In this document: positions 1 to 13,420 of the stretch, piece after piece
Position numbering within the stretch: position 1 is the first letter of the stretch
Layout of the letters: the number at the start of each line of letters is the position of its first letter
Origin: Tubulanus polymorphus
Lineage: Eukaryota; Animalia; Nemertea
NCBI RefSeq assembly: GCF_964204645.1
Contig: NC_134035.1
Location: 8,030,451 to 8,094,450 of the forward strand
Reading direction: 5' to 3'
Length of the DNA: 64,000 nucleotides
The notes under the pieces: model-generated
The model's input: only the letters and a program-made list of their open reading frames with translations
What the model was told of the DNA's origin: nothing
The model's database searches: none
Translations under genes and position numbers: made by a program

Positions 1-597
1 GTCCTTGGTGAAGTAGTTGTTGGTCGAGTCAATGAGTATTTAGGTGGTGTTAATCCAGATTTAAAAGGATTTACTTCGGGCGGGGGGCAATTGTCCGGGG
101 GGAATTGTCCTGATAGGAACTCTAGATTACTGCACCAGTGCACAAGCTTTATTTTGGGAGTAAAACTCTCGCCATTCATGTGGTTACCAGTACATATACC
201 TAGTATAGTAGCAGATGGTGCATTTTGTTCAATCGGCAATACTGTTCAAAAGAATGATCTCTGATATATATGCATCGTCCTCCACCGGCATCGAGACTTG
301 CCGCGGTACGAAACCCAACCTGATTAGCCTGAATGCGCAGCTGCTTACATGATGTCATCATCAGCCAATTAGAAATCTTGTTTTAATTTAGCCCAGGTTT
401 TTTAATTTATAGTTTATCTTTGAGATTTGCCTCAGCGATTATACAACGAGCAATCTGATTGGTGCCTCAAGTTTTCTTGTGGCAAACCTGCGTACCCGGT
501 CTACTGTGGCAGGGTTTCATACTGTGAGTCACGATGCCATTAGGTTTCGAATCCCTGCCAGGGGAGGACGCATATGCATTTACTTTGATTTACTCAC

Positions 598-3500
598 ATC
601 AGTCATATCCTCTATATATTTCGGATTATATGCTTTTAAGTCTTCTAACGATGCTTTGTATTTGTCTTGAGTCGCGTCGACGTCTCTGTCGCATTTATTC
701 ACTTTTTCGTCGATCTTTTTAACCTGAAAAAATGTCACTTCAGAATGAAAATAAGATTTATATTCATAAACGAACTCGACTGAAAACATTAACCCATTAG
801 CGCTCAAGCAGCCCGTATCCGCCCTGCCTGTTGCTCAAGCCGACCCGGCACTTTTTTGTATGCTGCACAAAACCGGTTATAGCGGGATTTGAAGCCAATA
901 GCTTATGATAAACTAGACATCTAAGTCCTCGAAATGCCCAACAGAAATCGACATCCACCTATTTCAATTTCTTGAGTATTTATTGCGAGTATGAACATGA
1001 CAGGTCTGAGCGCTCACTTCAAATCCAAGTAAGTTTCGGGAGGCCAAAAGGGACACAATTTTGGTGGCCCACCTCATCAAATCTTACATTACATGAAAGC
1101 CTTGACTCTTTATACACATAACACTAAGTTGTAATGCATGGAAATAAACAGCAAATGAGCCATTCGGTATCGCGATGAACTTGGATTTTCTGAGGAGTAA
1201 TTGACACTACATAGTGAAATTCCTGAGTGCTAATGGGTTAATGTACTGGTAACAAGGAAGTATGTCTTACTAGTAACAAGGAAGTATGTCTTACTGGTAA
1301 CAAGGAAGTACCGGTGAATGTCTTATATTGATTGCTAAGAAGGTAATCAATGAATGGCAATCAATAATGAGGTGGATTATCAAGCGTGTATCAGGTTTTT
1401 TTCATAAAAAGGCGCAGTTTTTGTGGCCTTTATATTGACAAAAGCCTTACTATCTATATACTTAAAACTAGAACATTGAGAGGGCGCTCAAACCCGAACC
1501 GTTTAAACACATATGCAACGGATGCAAGCAGGCTTCTATAATGTTGTAAATGCTGAGCAATAAGTGGCTTCAATAGACAAATAACTTTCCAATTCAATAT
1601 AAGAAAAACCCACAAAATTGTGAAACAGAGTATTTGACGCTTTGACTCAATTCTAAGAGCAATTTTCAAACCTGCTTAGCAATTAATTCAACATTGATTC
1701 TAATTTAACACACTAATCACGCACCTGTTCTTGCGTTATCGAAGAATCTCCTTTCGCGTTGGCTTGCTGTAGCTTGGCAGATTTCTCGTTTTTACACGCT
1801 AAATGATATTCCTTTTTACATTTCATAACTTTGCTTAGTTTTTTGGCCCACGGTTTTTGTACCTGAAACGACGAAACGGAACGAAAAACGCTGAATGGTT
1901 ATTCTTCGAACGGCGGCAACCTGCAGACCGAGCGATATCGATTTCACAGCCAGCAGAATAAAGAGATCTGACTTCGATAAAGACTATCCATTAACAGACA
2001 TATAAGATGAAGTGGACTCTCCAGAAAGCAGTTAAGCAGATACAGTCGATCCATTTAAGATAACGAGTAATGACTGAATTGGAAGCGATGACTTCTGTGA
2101 CTTGAATTTAAGTTACAATCTGTAACTGAATAGCTATTCAGTTATACAGCAAACTGCAGCATTGGGACTGTGACTGTGACACTGTACTTTGTAGAGTTCA
2201 CCCCAACAGTACGCAATAACGTATCAATGCGAAAATTAACCATACTATACTGTACTACACTGTAACAATAGCCACGAACACTATTGGCTCGTGCCAAATT
2301 AGGTCCGAAACAACTGTTCACTCAGGTTCCAAATGGGCCCGTGCAAGTTTAGCCAGTCCAAAACCAAATGGACCAGGCCCCCGAGAGCAAAATTTTGGCA
2401 AGGGTCAAATTATTGCATGTGAACTGGTTCCGGAAATGACTCATTTCGCTTTCTTAATTATCAAGTGAGCTGTTTGCTTGTGAACGCGCTCTCTTTTTAG
2501 ACACGGGCCAAATTTTATCCGGGCCTGATCCATGTCAATCTGGCCAGGGCCAAATCGTCTCTGGGCGTTCGCGTCTAATAACTATGTAACTCACCCTGCG
2601 AAATTGATCCTCGAGATCTTTCGACTCCTTAATGACGTGCACCATGTTTTTGTGGAAGTTCTCTTTTTGCCACTGTTTGATCATCGTTTGAACTTCGTTG
2701 ATGAGTTTATTTTTGACTTCGAGGTGTATTTCTGATACGCATACGGCTTCGTGAAGTACGGCGTTCCAAGCGCCTTGCGTCGTGCCGTACTCCGGACCTG
2801 TCACAAAACAAGTCATAGTCACTCGACATTGACATACCCATCAAACTTCAGATAATCCTAGTTTTTCTTTGCTTGTAATAAGTTTGAAATCTTTTTTTTT
2901 CGACCGTAATGATTAAGGCAGTTCAAAAGGCTAAAGTAACATGTGACAAGTTATTTCAATATAAACATCGACTATCAAAGATTTTCCCAAGGCTAGTACC
3001 TAGTCCTGTAAGTAATAGTTTTGCACTGCGACCACGTTTTTGTTTGGTAAAATAATCAACTTCAGGGTTCGGTTTATTTCAATGTGTCCTAGAAATCGGT
3101 ATCAGATAGATCACTAGAGATAAATCTTCAAGCTTTGCGACCTTTAGTGAATACAAAATGGTGTTTTTGTATTGTTTTCTCAGAGGATAGTAGTAACCAT
3201 TGTCCATATGCATAATATTTGGTTAAATTCAACCAGTAGATAACTGGTATCTTGACAATAAAAACTAGGGCAAGTTGCTGAAAAATTGGTTTAAATCAAC
3301 CATCCGATGAATGCCATCGCAGGGACTTGTGAAACTTGAGTCCATCAAATCAAGACTTACAAGTTCATCAAATCAAAGAGTGGCTTTTTCTCAACAAAAC
3401 GAATTGACGCATTACAGTATGTGAGCACACCAAATATTGCCTTTTTGGACATTAAAGCGCTCTTTTGGGATGTCCAGAGTTCTTTAAAATTAGCTCTTGG

Positions 3501-4148
3501 AACTAATTTCACAGTTTTAAGTAAAAACATCAAAAATGCATTAATCTTAACTCAAAGACTCAAATCAAGACTTACAAGTCCATCAAATCAAGAGTGGCTT
3601 TTTCTCAACAAAAACGAATCGACGCATTACAATGTGTGAGCACACAAAATATTGCCTTTTTGGACATTAAAGCGCTCTTTTGGGATGTCCAGAGTTCTTT
3701 AAAATTAGCTCTTGGAACTAATTTCACAGTTGTGAGTAAAAATATCTAAAATGCATTAATCTTAACTCAAAGAGCTAACTCTAACTCACAACTATGGAAC
3801 TGGATTCGCCACATGTACCGTATACTAGTTAACTATTCAACAACCGGGGCCAAAAATCCTATAGGCCTAGTGATTATTGAAATTACATTTAGCTACCAGT
3901 TAACTCTAATGAATGTTTGAGTAACTGGCGACCATCGTACCTTTATCGATCGCGTCGTTCCATTTTTTCGACCAAGTTTTCAGATTTTTCGCGTACGCCT
4001 TTTCGATGTCGGCGCGTTCTTGTATGAGAGCCATCAGATCATTGCACAATTTGTAACCGTCGTCGATGCGTTTGATCGTGTATTTGTAGTTGCCGACCTC
4101 GAAGAAACTGTCGCTGGTCGGCTGGATCGATTCATCGCTGACTGACAT
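598..4148 (-). CDS. PACSIN: PACSIN/syndapin F-BAR protein, first four coding exons; gene continues beyond the left edge
   Basis: Exons 4148-3941, 2797-2595, 1862-1725 and 723-598 have GT-AG ends and join in frame. Peptides: SDSFFEVGNYKYTIKRIDDGYKLCNDL..ERADIEKAYAKNLKTWSKKW, GPEYGTTQGAW, VQKPWAKKL, YNPKYIEDMTD, typical of the PACSIN F-BAR domain. Confidence 0.93.
793..1237. mobile_element. piggyBac-like MITE
   Basis: TTAA on both sides; TIRs CCCATTAGCGCTCA / TGAGTGCTAATGGG. Confidence 0.75.
3346..3771. repeat. Tandem duplication, about 215 bp x2, in a PACSIN intron
   Basis: Near-identical copies starting CAAATCAAGACTTACAAG at 3346 and 3561. Confidence 0.85.
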
Positions 4149-4291
4149 CGTGAACTCATTAAACTCAAAGAGTTTCTGAAATAAAATAAATTTGTGTCAA
4201 ACACTTTTGATCAATTCATCGCTGACTGACATCGTGAACTCATTAAACTCAAAGAGTTTCTGAAATAAAATAAATTTATGTCAAACACTTT
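4130..4291 (-). repeat. 84-bp-period tandem duplication of the PACSIN splice acceptor and start codon
   Basis: 4130-4207 is repeated at 4214-4291, including CAT (ATG) and the TTTCAG acceptor. Confidence 0.9.
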
Positions 4292-7200
4292 ATATTTCGA
4301 AATTTTAAGAAACCGATTATATAATATCATATTATAATCATATAATACGAAACACGACAGGATCAGGGTTAAACAAGAAAAGTCAACCTACTATCAACGA
4401 AGCTACGTTGCTGAAAGACAAACAGATGGTACAAAAATGAGGGTCTCACGGAAGCCCGAGGACGAATATCCGGTGGGCTTATATAGAATGTGATTCTATA
4501 AATATGATATATTATAGGTGGTAGAACTATTGACCGATGACACGAGGGAGGACCCATTTATGAAACTATGTCTGGGAGCGGAACCTAAATTTTCAGTTAT
4601 GTATATATTCGACCCGCAGGCCAACAATATATATACATATATACTAATACTGTATGTTGTATTCCAAGCAGGTGTCCTGGGTTTGTAGAAAGTACATACC
4701 GAGTTAACATACCAATCAAATCAAATCAAATCAATGAATCAAATAAATTACGAAGACAATCATCCCTTTCAAGATCATAACAGGGGCGGATGCAGCGACC
4801 GCTGTCGAGGGTAGCACAATTCATAAAAAGGGAATTTTGAAATTAAAAAGGGCATTCTGAAATTTTGTATCTATATACTGTATATTTGATAGTATATGCC
4901 ATAGGCCCTATATTCAATCCGCTATAGGCCTACCATATTTTCAATCCGGAGTTTTCTAATAATTCATTCTCATACATAGGCCCTATATAGACGCACGTGC
5001 AACAAGGGCTTTAAAGATTTCTGATCAATAAATCCACCATACATCGCAAACACGCGTTCAAAATAATCATACACGACGACAATGACACTGTAGTTTTATA
5101 TAAAGCCGACGGCAATAACAAAAACATCAGATATGGGCAAATCATGTTCCAGATGTCAATGAAACTCAGCTAGACAAAAAACATTTTGAACTCGTCTAGG
5201 TTCATAGCAGGCTAGAATTACTAGCGATCAATTTCAGTACGGTAGGCCATTTTTGAGTGCGGATCTGCCGCACAGATTTCCAGCAAAATATCTTTCTTTG
5301 TTTTCTCTCGCGTGTCATCGGGGGCGGAAATTTTTAGGGGTTGGTCTCGGGAGACCAGACCCCTGCCTTCCCATTGAGGGTGCCCTTGTCGTCGACATGG
5401 AGATGTTTCTAAACCAGTAAATTTGACACTCTTTGAAATTGAACCTTTTTGGATGTATACCTTCAAACATATCTAAAACCGAGGGCAGAACGCCAACAGA
5501 GAAACCTTCAGCGAAGTGGCGCCACCATGCGACCTGCGATTCGACCACAAAAATCATCTAGCGTTGCGGTCATGAGCGAGGCAAGGTTTGCTGTATTTGC
5601 ATTAAGTTTCTTCACTTCTTCCATCATGTAAATCCGATGCAATATAATAATTTTTCTTAATCATTCAGTCATTCGATAATTACATAAATGAATCATTCTT
5701 TTCCCCTGCTTGTTCCCTTCCATTTTATATCCATGACTTAAAAGATTTTTCCCTGAAACTGAAAAGGCTTTAAATTATCTGAAGAAGTTTGAAAAGGACT
5801 GGCAAACAAAATGAGCCATCATCTAAAACTCAGGCATCCCTCAAGCGTGATCAAACAACCAAGCCACAGTCAACTGTCTATTGTCGTGCAGTAAAACAAG
5901 CTGATACCAGCGCGAAAGATTAAGTTTTTCTTACGGGAATAAATCAAGTTTCGAGGAAACACCCGGTCGACTAGTCAATGTAGATTTGTAACACGTGTAC
6001 ATGTGTTAATATTAATAAAGTCAGTGCATGGATTGAGATAACACAAGCAGATCTATTGCACTGATATTGAAAGCAGATCTATTGCTGTGATATTGTAACG
6101 TGTGATGCAATCTAGTTTTTTTCATCTAGAAATTCAATGAGCACCATGTCCACCTACCAGACGCATGAGGACAACTCGATTTGTTCAGTTCATTTTCATC
6201 TAGGTTTTTAGTCTTCAACATCAAACTTTAAACAAATCAAGTCTCTAGTTCACCCAGTCGGGCAACATCACAACTACTATGGCAACTCTAAACAAGGCAT
6301 ATTGCAATACATCGTCCTTCTACAAAGCTGTGTCCACAGCATATTTGGCAGCGCCTGTTTGACCGGGGCCAAGTTTGGCCTCACCAAAAAATCAGACAGG
6401 CCCCGTGCCATATTCAAGCATGGGTGAAATTGTTCGTTACCCTTGAATGGTTACTGGTTCCAAAAGTGACTCATTTTATTTTGTCACTACACGGTTCAGT
6501 AACCGCGCTCTCTAATTAGATACAAACCAAATTTAACTAGGGTCTGATCCGGGCCAATTTGACTGGGGCCACATCATCTCCGTGCATATTGAGACATCTA
6601 AACATACACGACTACAATTCATCTCCGCGCTATACATCGCATTCGCGGACATATTTTTTTATATATCAATAAAGAGGACAATTTGTAACATATTCAGATT
6701 TCTCACATAATATAATAAAATTGCCGATACGACCGTCTGAAGAGTATACGTGGCTAGTATTGAGAGTGATGAACACGCTGCTGCTTGGCTGTAATTATGT
6801 CACACACAGTCGCGCTATGACGCGCACACACACAGCAGTGAAGAATACTTCAGAAATGTGTGTTGATTAATAAAATTTCTCTCAACGCCTCGTGATCTCT
6901 GGTAATGAGAAGGACGGTGAAATGATCGCTCGGTAATAACCGACTCGCAGTATCACATGTCACGAACGCCCACTGAAAATTTCAATCGAAATGAAGAGAA
7001 CATTTGAAGAGTCAGTTTAGTTTCACTCTGGAAACAAAACAAACTCATTCAAACGCGGCGAATTCATTTCAGAGTTTATGGTGCCCTGGGCCCGGTAGCG
7101 AGTTAAGCCCTAAGTGGTCTTAATTATTCAAGACAAGACTGTTAGATTAGCTATAGAACAAAGATGGTCTTAAATCTAAGCATGTGGACAGTGCAAGAGT

Positions 7201-7325
7201 GACTCCTGATGGTTCAATGAGAAAACTAGACCGGTTACAATGAACAACAGTCCGGGTGCACTTCCGTTTTCGTAGTTAGTCGTTTAAGCGGTCGGAACTA
7301 ATAATTGAATGTACTATGTCATTAA

Positions 7326-7600
7326 CCCTTTCAGAGCTGACTAATTAACACCCTATAGAGCTGGAGATAATTTGAAAATTTTAAAAAATTCCACCCTAGT
7401 GTGTTGAATAACGGGGACACCACTATTAGTGCGCCTACACCGCGGCGCGGTGTATCGTTAGTTACTAGTATTTCACTATGTTTGTCAGGTGCTGCCATTT
7501 TTGAAGAGATAATTATCAATTACTAATTACATCAATACACTGCGATGCGGTGTACTAGCAAAATCCATCACTGATTTATACACCCCAGTCACTGAAAGGG
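7326..7600. mobile_element. piggyBac-like MITE, family A (about 280 bp)
   Basis: TTAA-CCCTTTCAG...CTGAAAGGG-TTAA; six copies in the window. Confidence 0.85.
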
Positions 7601-10600
7601 TTAAACGATGCATTTTCAGGCTATAACGTAATGTATGTGCCTTTTACCAGAACTTCATAATTAATTGCCAAGAGAAAATAGATCTTATTCGGGCATTTAT
7701 CCTTAAACCCCTTGGCTACGGGCCAACGAGCCTATTTATCCGAGGTTGCATTAGTACTTCAATATCCTATAAAAGATTAAATAGATGAAATAACAGCCTC
7801 AGCTCAGTTCGACGGATCGCTCAATATCTCGACCGATGTTTATATATAGCTGCTTCATAGTCGATTTTTTTTCTTTACCTCAATTATATTACTTAGTACA
7901 GGATTAATAGATGTGTGTGGCGTATCATCATCGATATTCATTTTCTTCACTCGCCAGGGCTGCTGTCAATACTAATAATACACTCGAACCTGTATTGCTG
8001 TTGACAGTCAAAACGCACCAGAAACATAGCACGAAATTGTTATTTGGTTTGATAAATTGTTATGCAACTTGGAAATATTTCTCAAACAATATTTTTGCCA
8101 GAATTCCATGCCAAACTCCAAACACGTAAACGAATGCAGTGTTAATGTCCAACTGCACCAGTGGATCCTCGCTTCATGGGCGTCCCCATGATTTTTTGGG
8201 GGAGTTTGTGTTTAGGAATAGAAGGGGGCCCTGCCCCAGAAAATCTTTGAAAATTTCGTGAAGCAAGCAGGCAGGCGCGTTCCGGTGCAATCTGAGGCCG
8301 TCTGATCACGGGCCAGTTTACTTGTCAGCAACCATTTTTATCATTCCACACTGAGATCACGGAATTGTGAAACTATAGGTAGACCGGTTCCCCTTTACTT
8401 TGCATGTATTGATTTTATTTTGCTGTGTCGACGTTTGAAAATTCAAAAAGGGGGTTCGTTCGAACTACCGAACCTCCCTAGAGACGCCCATGCACTTGCC
8501 AAAAGTAAATTTCGCCACAGCAGGCCTATAGTACTGCTGTTTAAGCGTACGGGTCCACAGCTGCCTAACATTTTTAGATTGGATTCAAATTCTAGGGTAC
8601 GCGGCCGCTAATCGGCGAGCCAGACAAATATAATGGGAAACAATGCTCTACATTAAAACTAACTACAACAGGTGGCACGTGTATTCCTATACCGGGCTTT
8701 ACCCTTCGAACACAGGACCAATTTTGAACGGGAAGCACTTAAAACGGATATTTCAATTCACATGGGGTTTGTGTCCAAAAAAGCTAAAAACCTTAAACAG
8801 GGGAACATCACTAGGATCTTTTCGAGGGGTTAAGAATTAACAAAAGCAGAACTTTTTATTTTGAAATTCAAAGCTTGAGAGGTGCGTTTTCTGGACATTT
8901 TAAGGTAAAATATTTATGAAATTTCCGGAACATGAAAAAAAAACGAAATTCGGAACTAAAAAAAAAAGTGAAACTTAGATTTGAAAATGGGGGTATTCCA
9001 CACCCCCGACCCCCTCTGGTGACACCTGTGAAAAAGCTATTTAAGCTGATTCGAATTTGTGGCCTAAAAATAGATTTGTACGTTTGTTTTCTTCCTGTTA
9101 CGTACTTATGTTTAACCTTTTTAGCAAAGAACATATATCGGCGGTTGATCAATATCCTCAATTACTCACTTCCTCATAATCATGTATTCCTTATAGGCCT
9201 ACTCAAATACATAATAGGCCTAACCGGGTCTCGCACAAACAAGGCAAGCATGTTTAACAGTGTCCTTTACTTGGTAAGAAGACTATAGTTGACAAGTCTG
9301 ACCACCATCGTCGCAGCTTGTGTCAGATTACGAGCAGACAATTCATTCCTGTATTTGGCACGAGCCAATCTAGGTTCAACCGAAAATGTCGGATCAGGCC
9401 TGCGCATTTGGTTCTGGTTACTTCACTAATAACCGCAGCTTTGTTTTGACAACATTTTAATAACGGAAAGAGCCAACGTCATTGATTTATGTGTGAACGC
9501 GATCTTTTAATTAAGCACATACCAAATTCGATTTGCATCTCCTCAGGGACAGTTTGACCGAGGCCAAATAATCTCCATGCGATCGCAGCAATTAAAACTG
9601 TATTAGTTTCAGTATCTAGTACCAATAGTGATACCGCTTGATGTGTTATAGGCCTAATAGGAGCCTGCACTTAGCTGTCCTCAATTCTGTTACATCATTG
9701 TAATTAGTAGTATCATTATGTTTACAAAACTTCCACTTACATAAATGGAATTAAAAATACAAATCTAATGTCGACCTTGAGTTAGACTTATGACTTATGG
9801 TTCTTCATTCAGTGTAATGAGTTAGGAGATACAGGGTCGTAACTAGGGGGTTTTATAAGACTCCCGGATAACCTTTAAAATTTCAACAGTTACATAATGT
9901 CTCTAAGAGACTTTCTGTCAAACGGGGCCCAATTTAGTTAAACATTCAGGAAAAATGATCTTCCTGTTTTTTTTCTTTTTTAAACAATTTTTCCTTGAAA
10001 ATTTTGGCAAGAAATTGATCCTGGAGTGAAAACGTATCAAACCACGGTCTCGTCAGCCTGCTGACCAATAGACTAGTTGACCAGCGGTTAGGTCGTTTTT
10101 AATTACACTTGAAGTACGGATCCGACTCCTGCCATTCTACAAAAATCATCACAAAAAAATAGTTTCTAGTCGTCAGTCACGATTTCTCAACTTCAACATT
10201 TGAACTAAATTCATTTTAACTCTCGATCCTGTTTACTTTTTTCTGTCATCCTTCGTTATGTGTCAAAACTACTCAAACAGGCCCAGGTCCCAGTTTCACA
10301 AAAAGGTTTTACTATTTTAGGCTTAGGCCTACACTTTCTCGTGAACTGGGTCCAGGGCTTATAGAATAAAGAATCCTAGGCCCCTATCATTATTTTTCCC
10401 TCTATTCTAAGATGTCTTTCTAAAAAACTTTTTATTTTTTCCCTTCGCACTTCTATTTCTTTCTTGAAACATTCCATACCCCTAAACATTAGGCCTATAG
10501 GCCGACAGCTTAAAGCTTTATTTGTGCAATAAAACAACAGTATGAACCAACCACGTCTATCTACACTAGGCCTAACACTCACATATTGGTGACAAAAAAT

Positions 10601-11989
10601 GTTGTTTCAAGGCTACAAGCGAAAACTAGACGAAATTCTTAAGACGAAAAACAGGTCAAGTGTGCATTCATAGCTGTGGCATAAATCTCAATAAGCATAG
10701 CCTAGGTAGAAGTTCTAGTAGTACTCCAGGCAAACATAAACAATAACTTATTGAAATTAATAGGCCCTATATATATATATCCACTGAATGAAATAACAAA
10801 CAATGCTTTAGGAGAGCTACAATTAGAGTGAATGGCAAACTAGCCATGAAATATAATTATTAGTTTATTTATTAATAATCATTGGTCGTAAACGGCCACT
10901 GTCAGGGTCAGTTTAGGTGAAGTATGACCATGCTTATGATATTTGTCTAACAATAGCCTAGTGACAACGTCCTAGTGATTATAGCCTACAGCCTTTGAGG
11001 CTCTGTTCTGCTCCCTATCATCAATCTACTTATTCGTTATGCATTTTATTTGTAATTATGTTTAATTGATGAAATAAATTACATTACATAGCCTCAGGAA
11101 CGGATCTAGGGTCTGATACAGGGAGGGGTGCACCTCGAAATAGGGCATACCATATAAATAAAAGGGCACACCCCCAAAAAAATTACAGCTTCTGAACCGA
11201 GAACGAGCTGATGAATGTAATCTTTTTGCCATCAGTTTGTCATTCCTGTAAAATTTCAGTTCAACATCGAGTTTTTTAGGAAGGGGTGCGCACCCACTGT
11301 AGCCTAGACTTCATTCGGGGGTAGGTCTAGCCTATGTCAACTGTGACGCGTGGCCCGGCAAAAATTAGCTCTGCCCTTAAATGTCTGAAATTAATTCATC
11401 CAGAACCTCAGAATACATTTTAAACAGACCCGTTCAATGACTGAATATTGATGTCGCTTATTGCCCGATCCATGTGGATCTCTTTCTGATTTAGAGACAC
11501 AGTGTGAAATATCAGCATTTCTGTTAGGCCTAAGCGTACCGGACGACTATAGATACATTTTCACAAACAACCATTCAGCGCTGGTGAACATTTTCTAAAT
11601 GACACAGGTGCTATAGGCCTATAAATTTTCGGACTGATAATCGTAATTTACCTGTCTGACGTGTGAAATAGTCACATGATGAGACTGGATTTGCCCTTGT
11701 TTTGTGATCAACACTACTATTAACATCAGTAAAGGCCATTATGTTATTATCATCCATGTACTTCAATTCGAACAAAAAATTCTGTTAACTCCATCAATCA
11801 TACAACTATAGGCCTCTGTACTTCAATTTCCAATTTCAGAATCAAACCCCCTGTTTTGCTCCTGGCAGGTGTGGTGGGTTTGTAAGGGACACTAAATCAA
11901 AACAAATTTTTGATAAAAAATCTACCAATAAAATAAATAACAGTCCCTTTATTTTCATTGACGACAGGTTTCTCCAGAAAATGATTATG

Positions 11990-12379
11990 CAGAGCCGTCG
12001 GAACGGGGGCAGCAGGGGCGACCAAAGCCGGCCCACTTTTTTGCTAAAAAAAAAACATTAGAACATTAATTTGAATTGATTGTCATTGTGTTATTCTGTG
12101 AATTGAAGCGGTTTTCTTCTAATGACAAAATCGAGATTGATTTTCTACCAACAACCAGCACCATGTTAGCTGGTTTTTTCAAAGCACGCTGTACCGCGTA
12201 GCAGCTCGTCGTTCTCTGTACTAGGTGGTTAGCTCACAACTTCTCATGCTTCTGTGAATGAGACCGTGAAATGGCCCCAAAACGCATGGCGATGGAATTT
12301 TCAAAATTTCTCTGGGAGGGCCCCAGACCCTGGTTCAGAAATAAGCCGCGCCACTGAAAAATCCCTTCCGTCAGCTCTG
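11990..12379. mobile_element. hAT5-like MITE with 5-bp TSD, carrying a captured host segment
   Basis: TIRs CAGAGCCGTCGGAA / TTCCGTCAGCTCTG; TSD TTATG; related copy at 54473-54737. Confidence 0.75.
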
Positions 12380-13359
12380 TTATGCTAGCTGCTAATCAGG
12401 TCAACTGGGCCTATGGGTTTTTTGCCACTCCTCTGAAGAATGGTTTGCCAACTGAAATTCCTGCAGAACTAGTATTGTAGGCTACCGGTGGGCTAAAAGG
12501 TCTAATCATGATTAACTGATTGTTGTGGTTGAATGATTAAATTCAGAAAATATACACACAAAATGAGGATCACATCAATGAAAACTTAGATAGGGGCCTA
12601 ATATTCGTTTAACAACTTATAGTTGTTTTATTTTTTGAAGCCTTTAGGGGAACATACTACAGTAGAACTCGCTTAATTCGGATTGCCTTTGAATGGAAAA
12701 TATTGTCCGAATTAAACGAAATCCGAATTATGAGCTAACATGTGAATAGAAATAACCCTAGGGGAACTGGAATTTCAGTCCGAAATCAGTGAAAATCAGA
12801 ATAAAACCAGTTTGACAGCTCATTCTCAGAACTTCTTTCAGTCTTTTAGCAGGAAATAAGTAGATTTTAGGATGTTCTTCTTCACGGAGAACGAATTATA
12901 GGACGACTGAGACAATTGACCCGTGACCAATCCTTGCTGACAGATATGAGGACAAGAACCATTGGCTGGCTTCACCCCATGGCCTAAAAATCAGGCCAAC
13001 TGAAAAGGCCTATCAAAAGATGGGATCATTTGTCACTGATTTTTTTTTACATCAGTAACGATTTTGTTTTGGTGTACTCTGCCTTCTCGTTCCCCTATAA
13101 TTATATCAGAAATCGTAATTAGAGCTTCCGAACCCGAACCAGTACCAGAAAAAAACCGATGCTGACTGTATGTCACCTGGTGCTGGTTGGCTGGTTGGTG
13201 GTAGAAAATCAATCTCGATTTTGTCATTAGAAGAAAACCGCTTCAATTCACAGAATAACACAATGACAATCAATTTAAATTAATGTTCTAATTAGACATA
13301 AAACCGTAGGCTAAAAAGTGCATATGCTTTGATTTGGCCGTAGAATAAATCATAGAAAA

Positions 13360-13420
13360 CTCACCAAGAATTTAGAGAGATCCTGCTATACTCCTTCTTC
13401 CAAGTCAAAATGGCTGATTG
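13360..13420 (-). promoter_or_regulatory. Candidate non-coding first exon / promoter of PACSIN
   Basis: Minus-strand donor G|GTGAGT near 13364; YY1-like CAAAATGGC at about 13406; locally GC-richer sequence. Confidence 0.3.

Noticed and set aside
5221-5640. Short GC-richer ORFs in the PACSIN 5' intron
   Set aside because: Interrupted by stops and no recognisable motif; probably a TE relic that I cannot assign.
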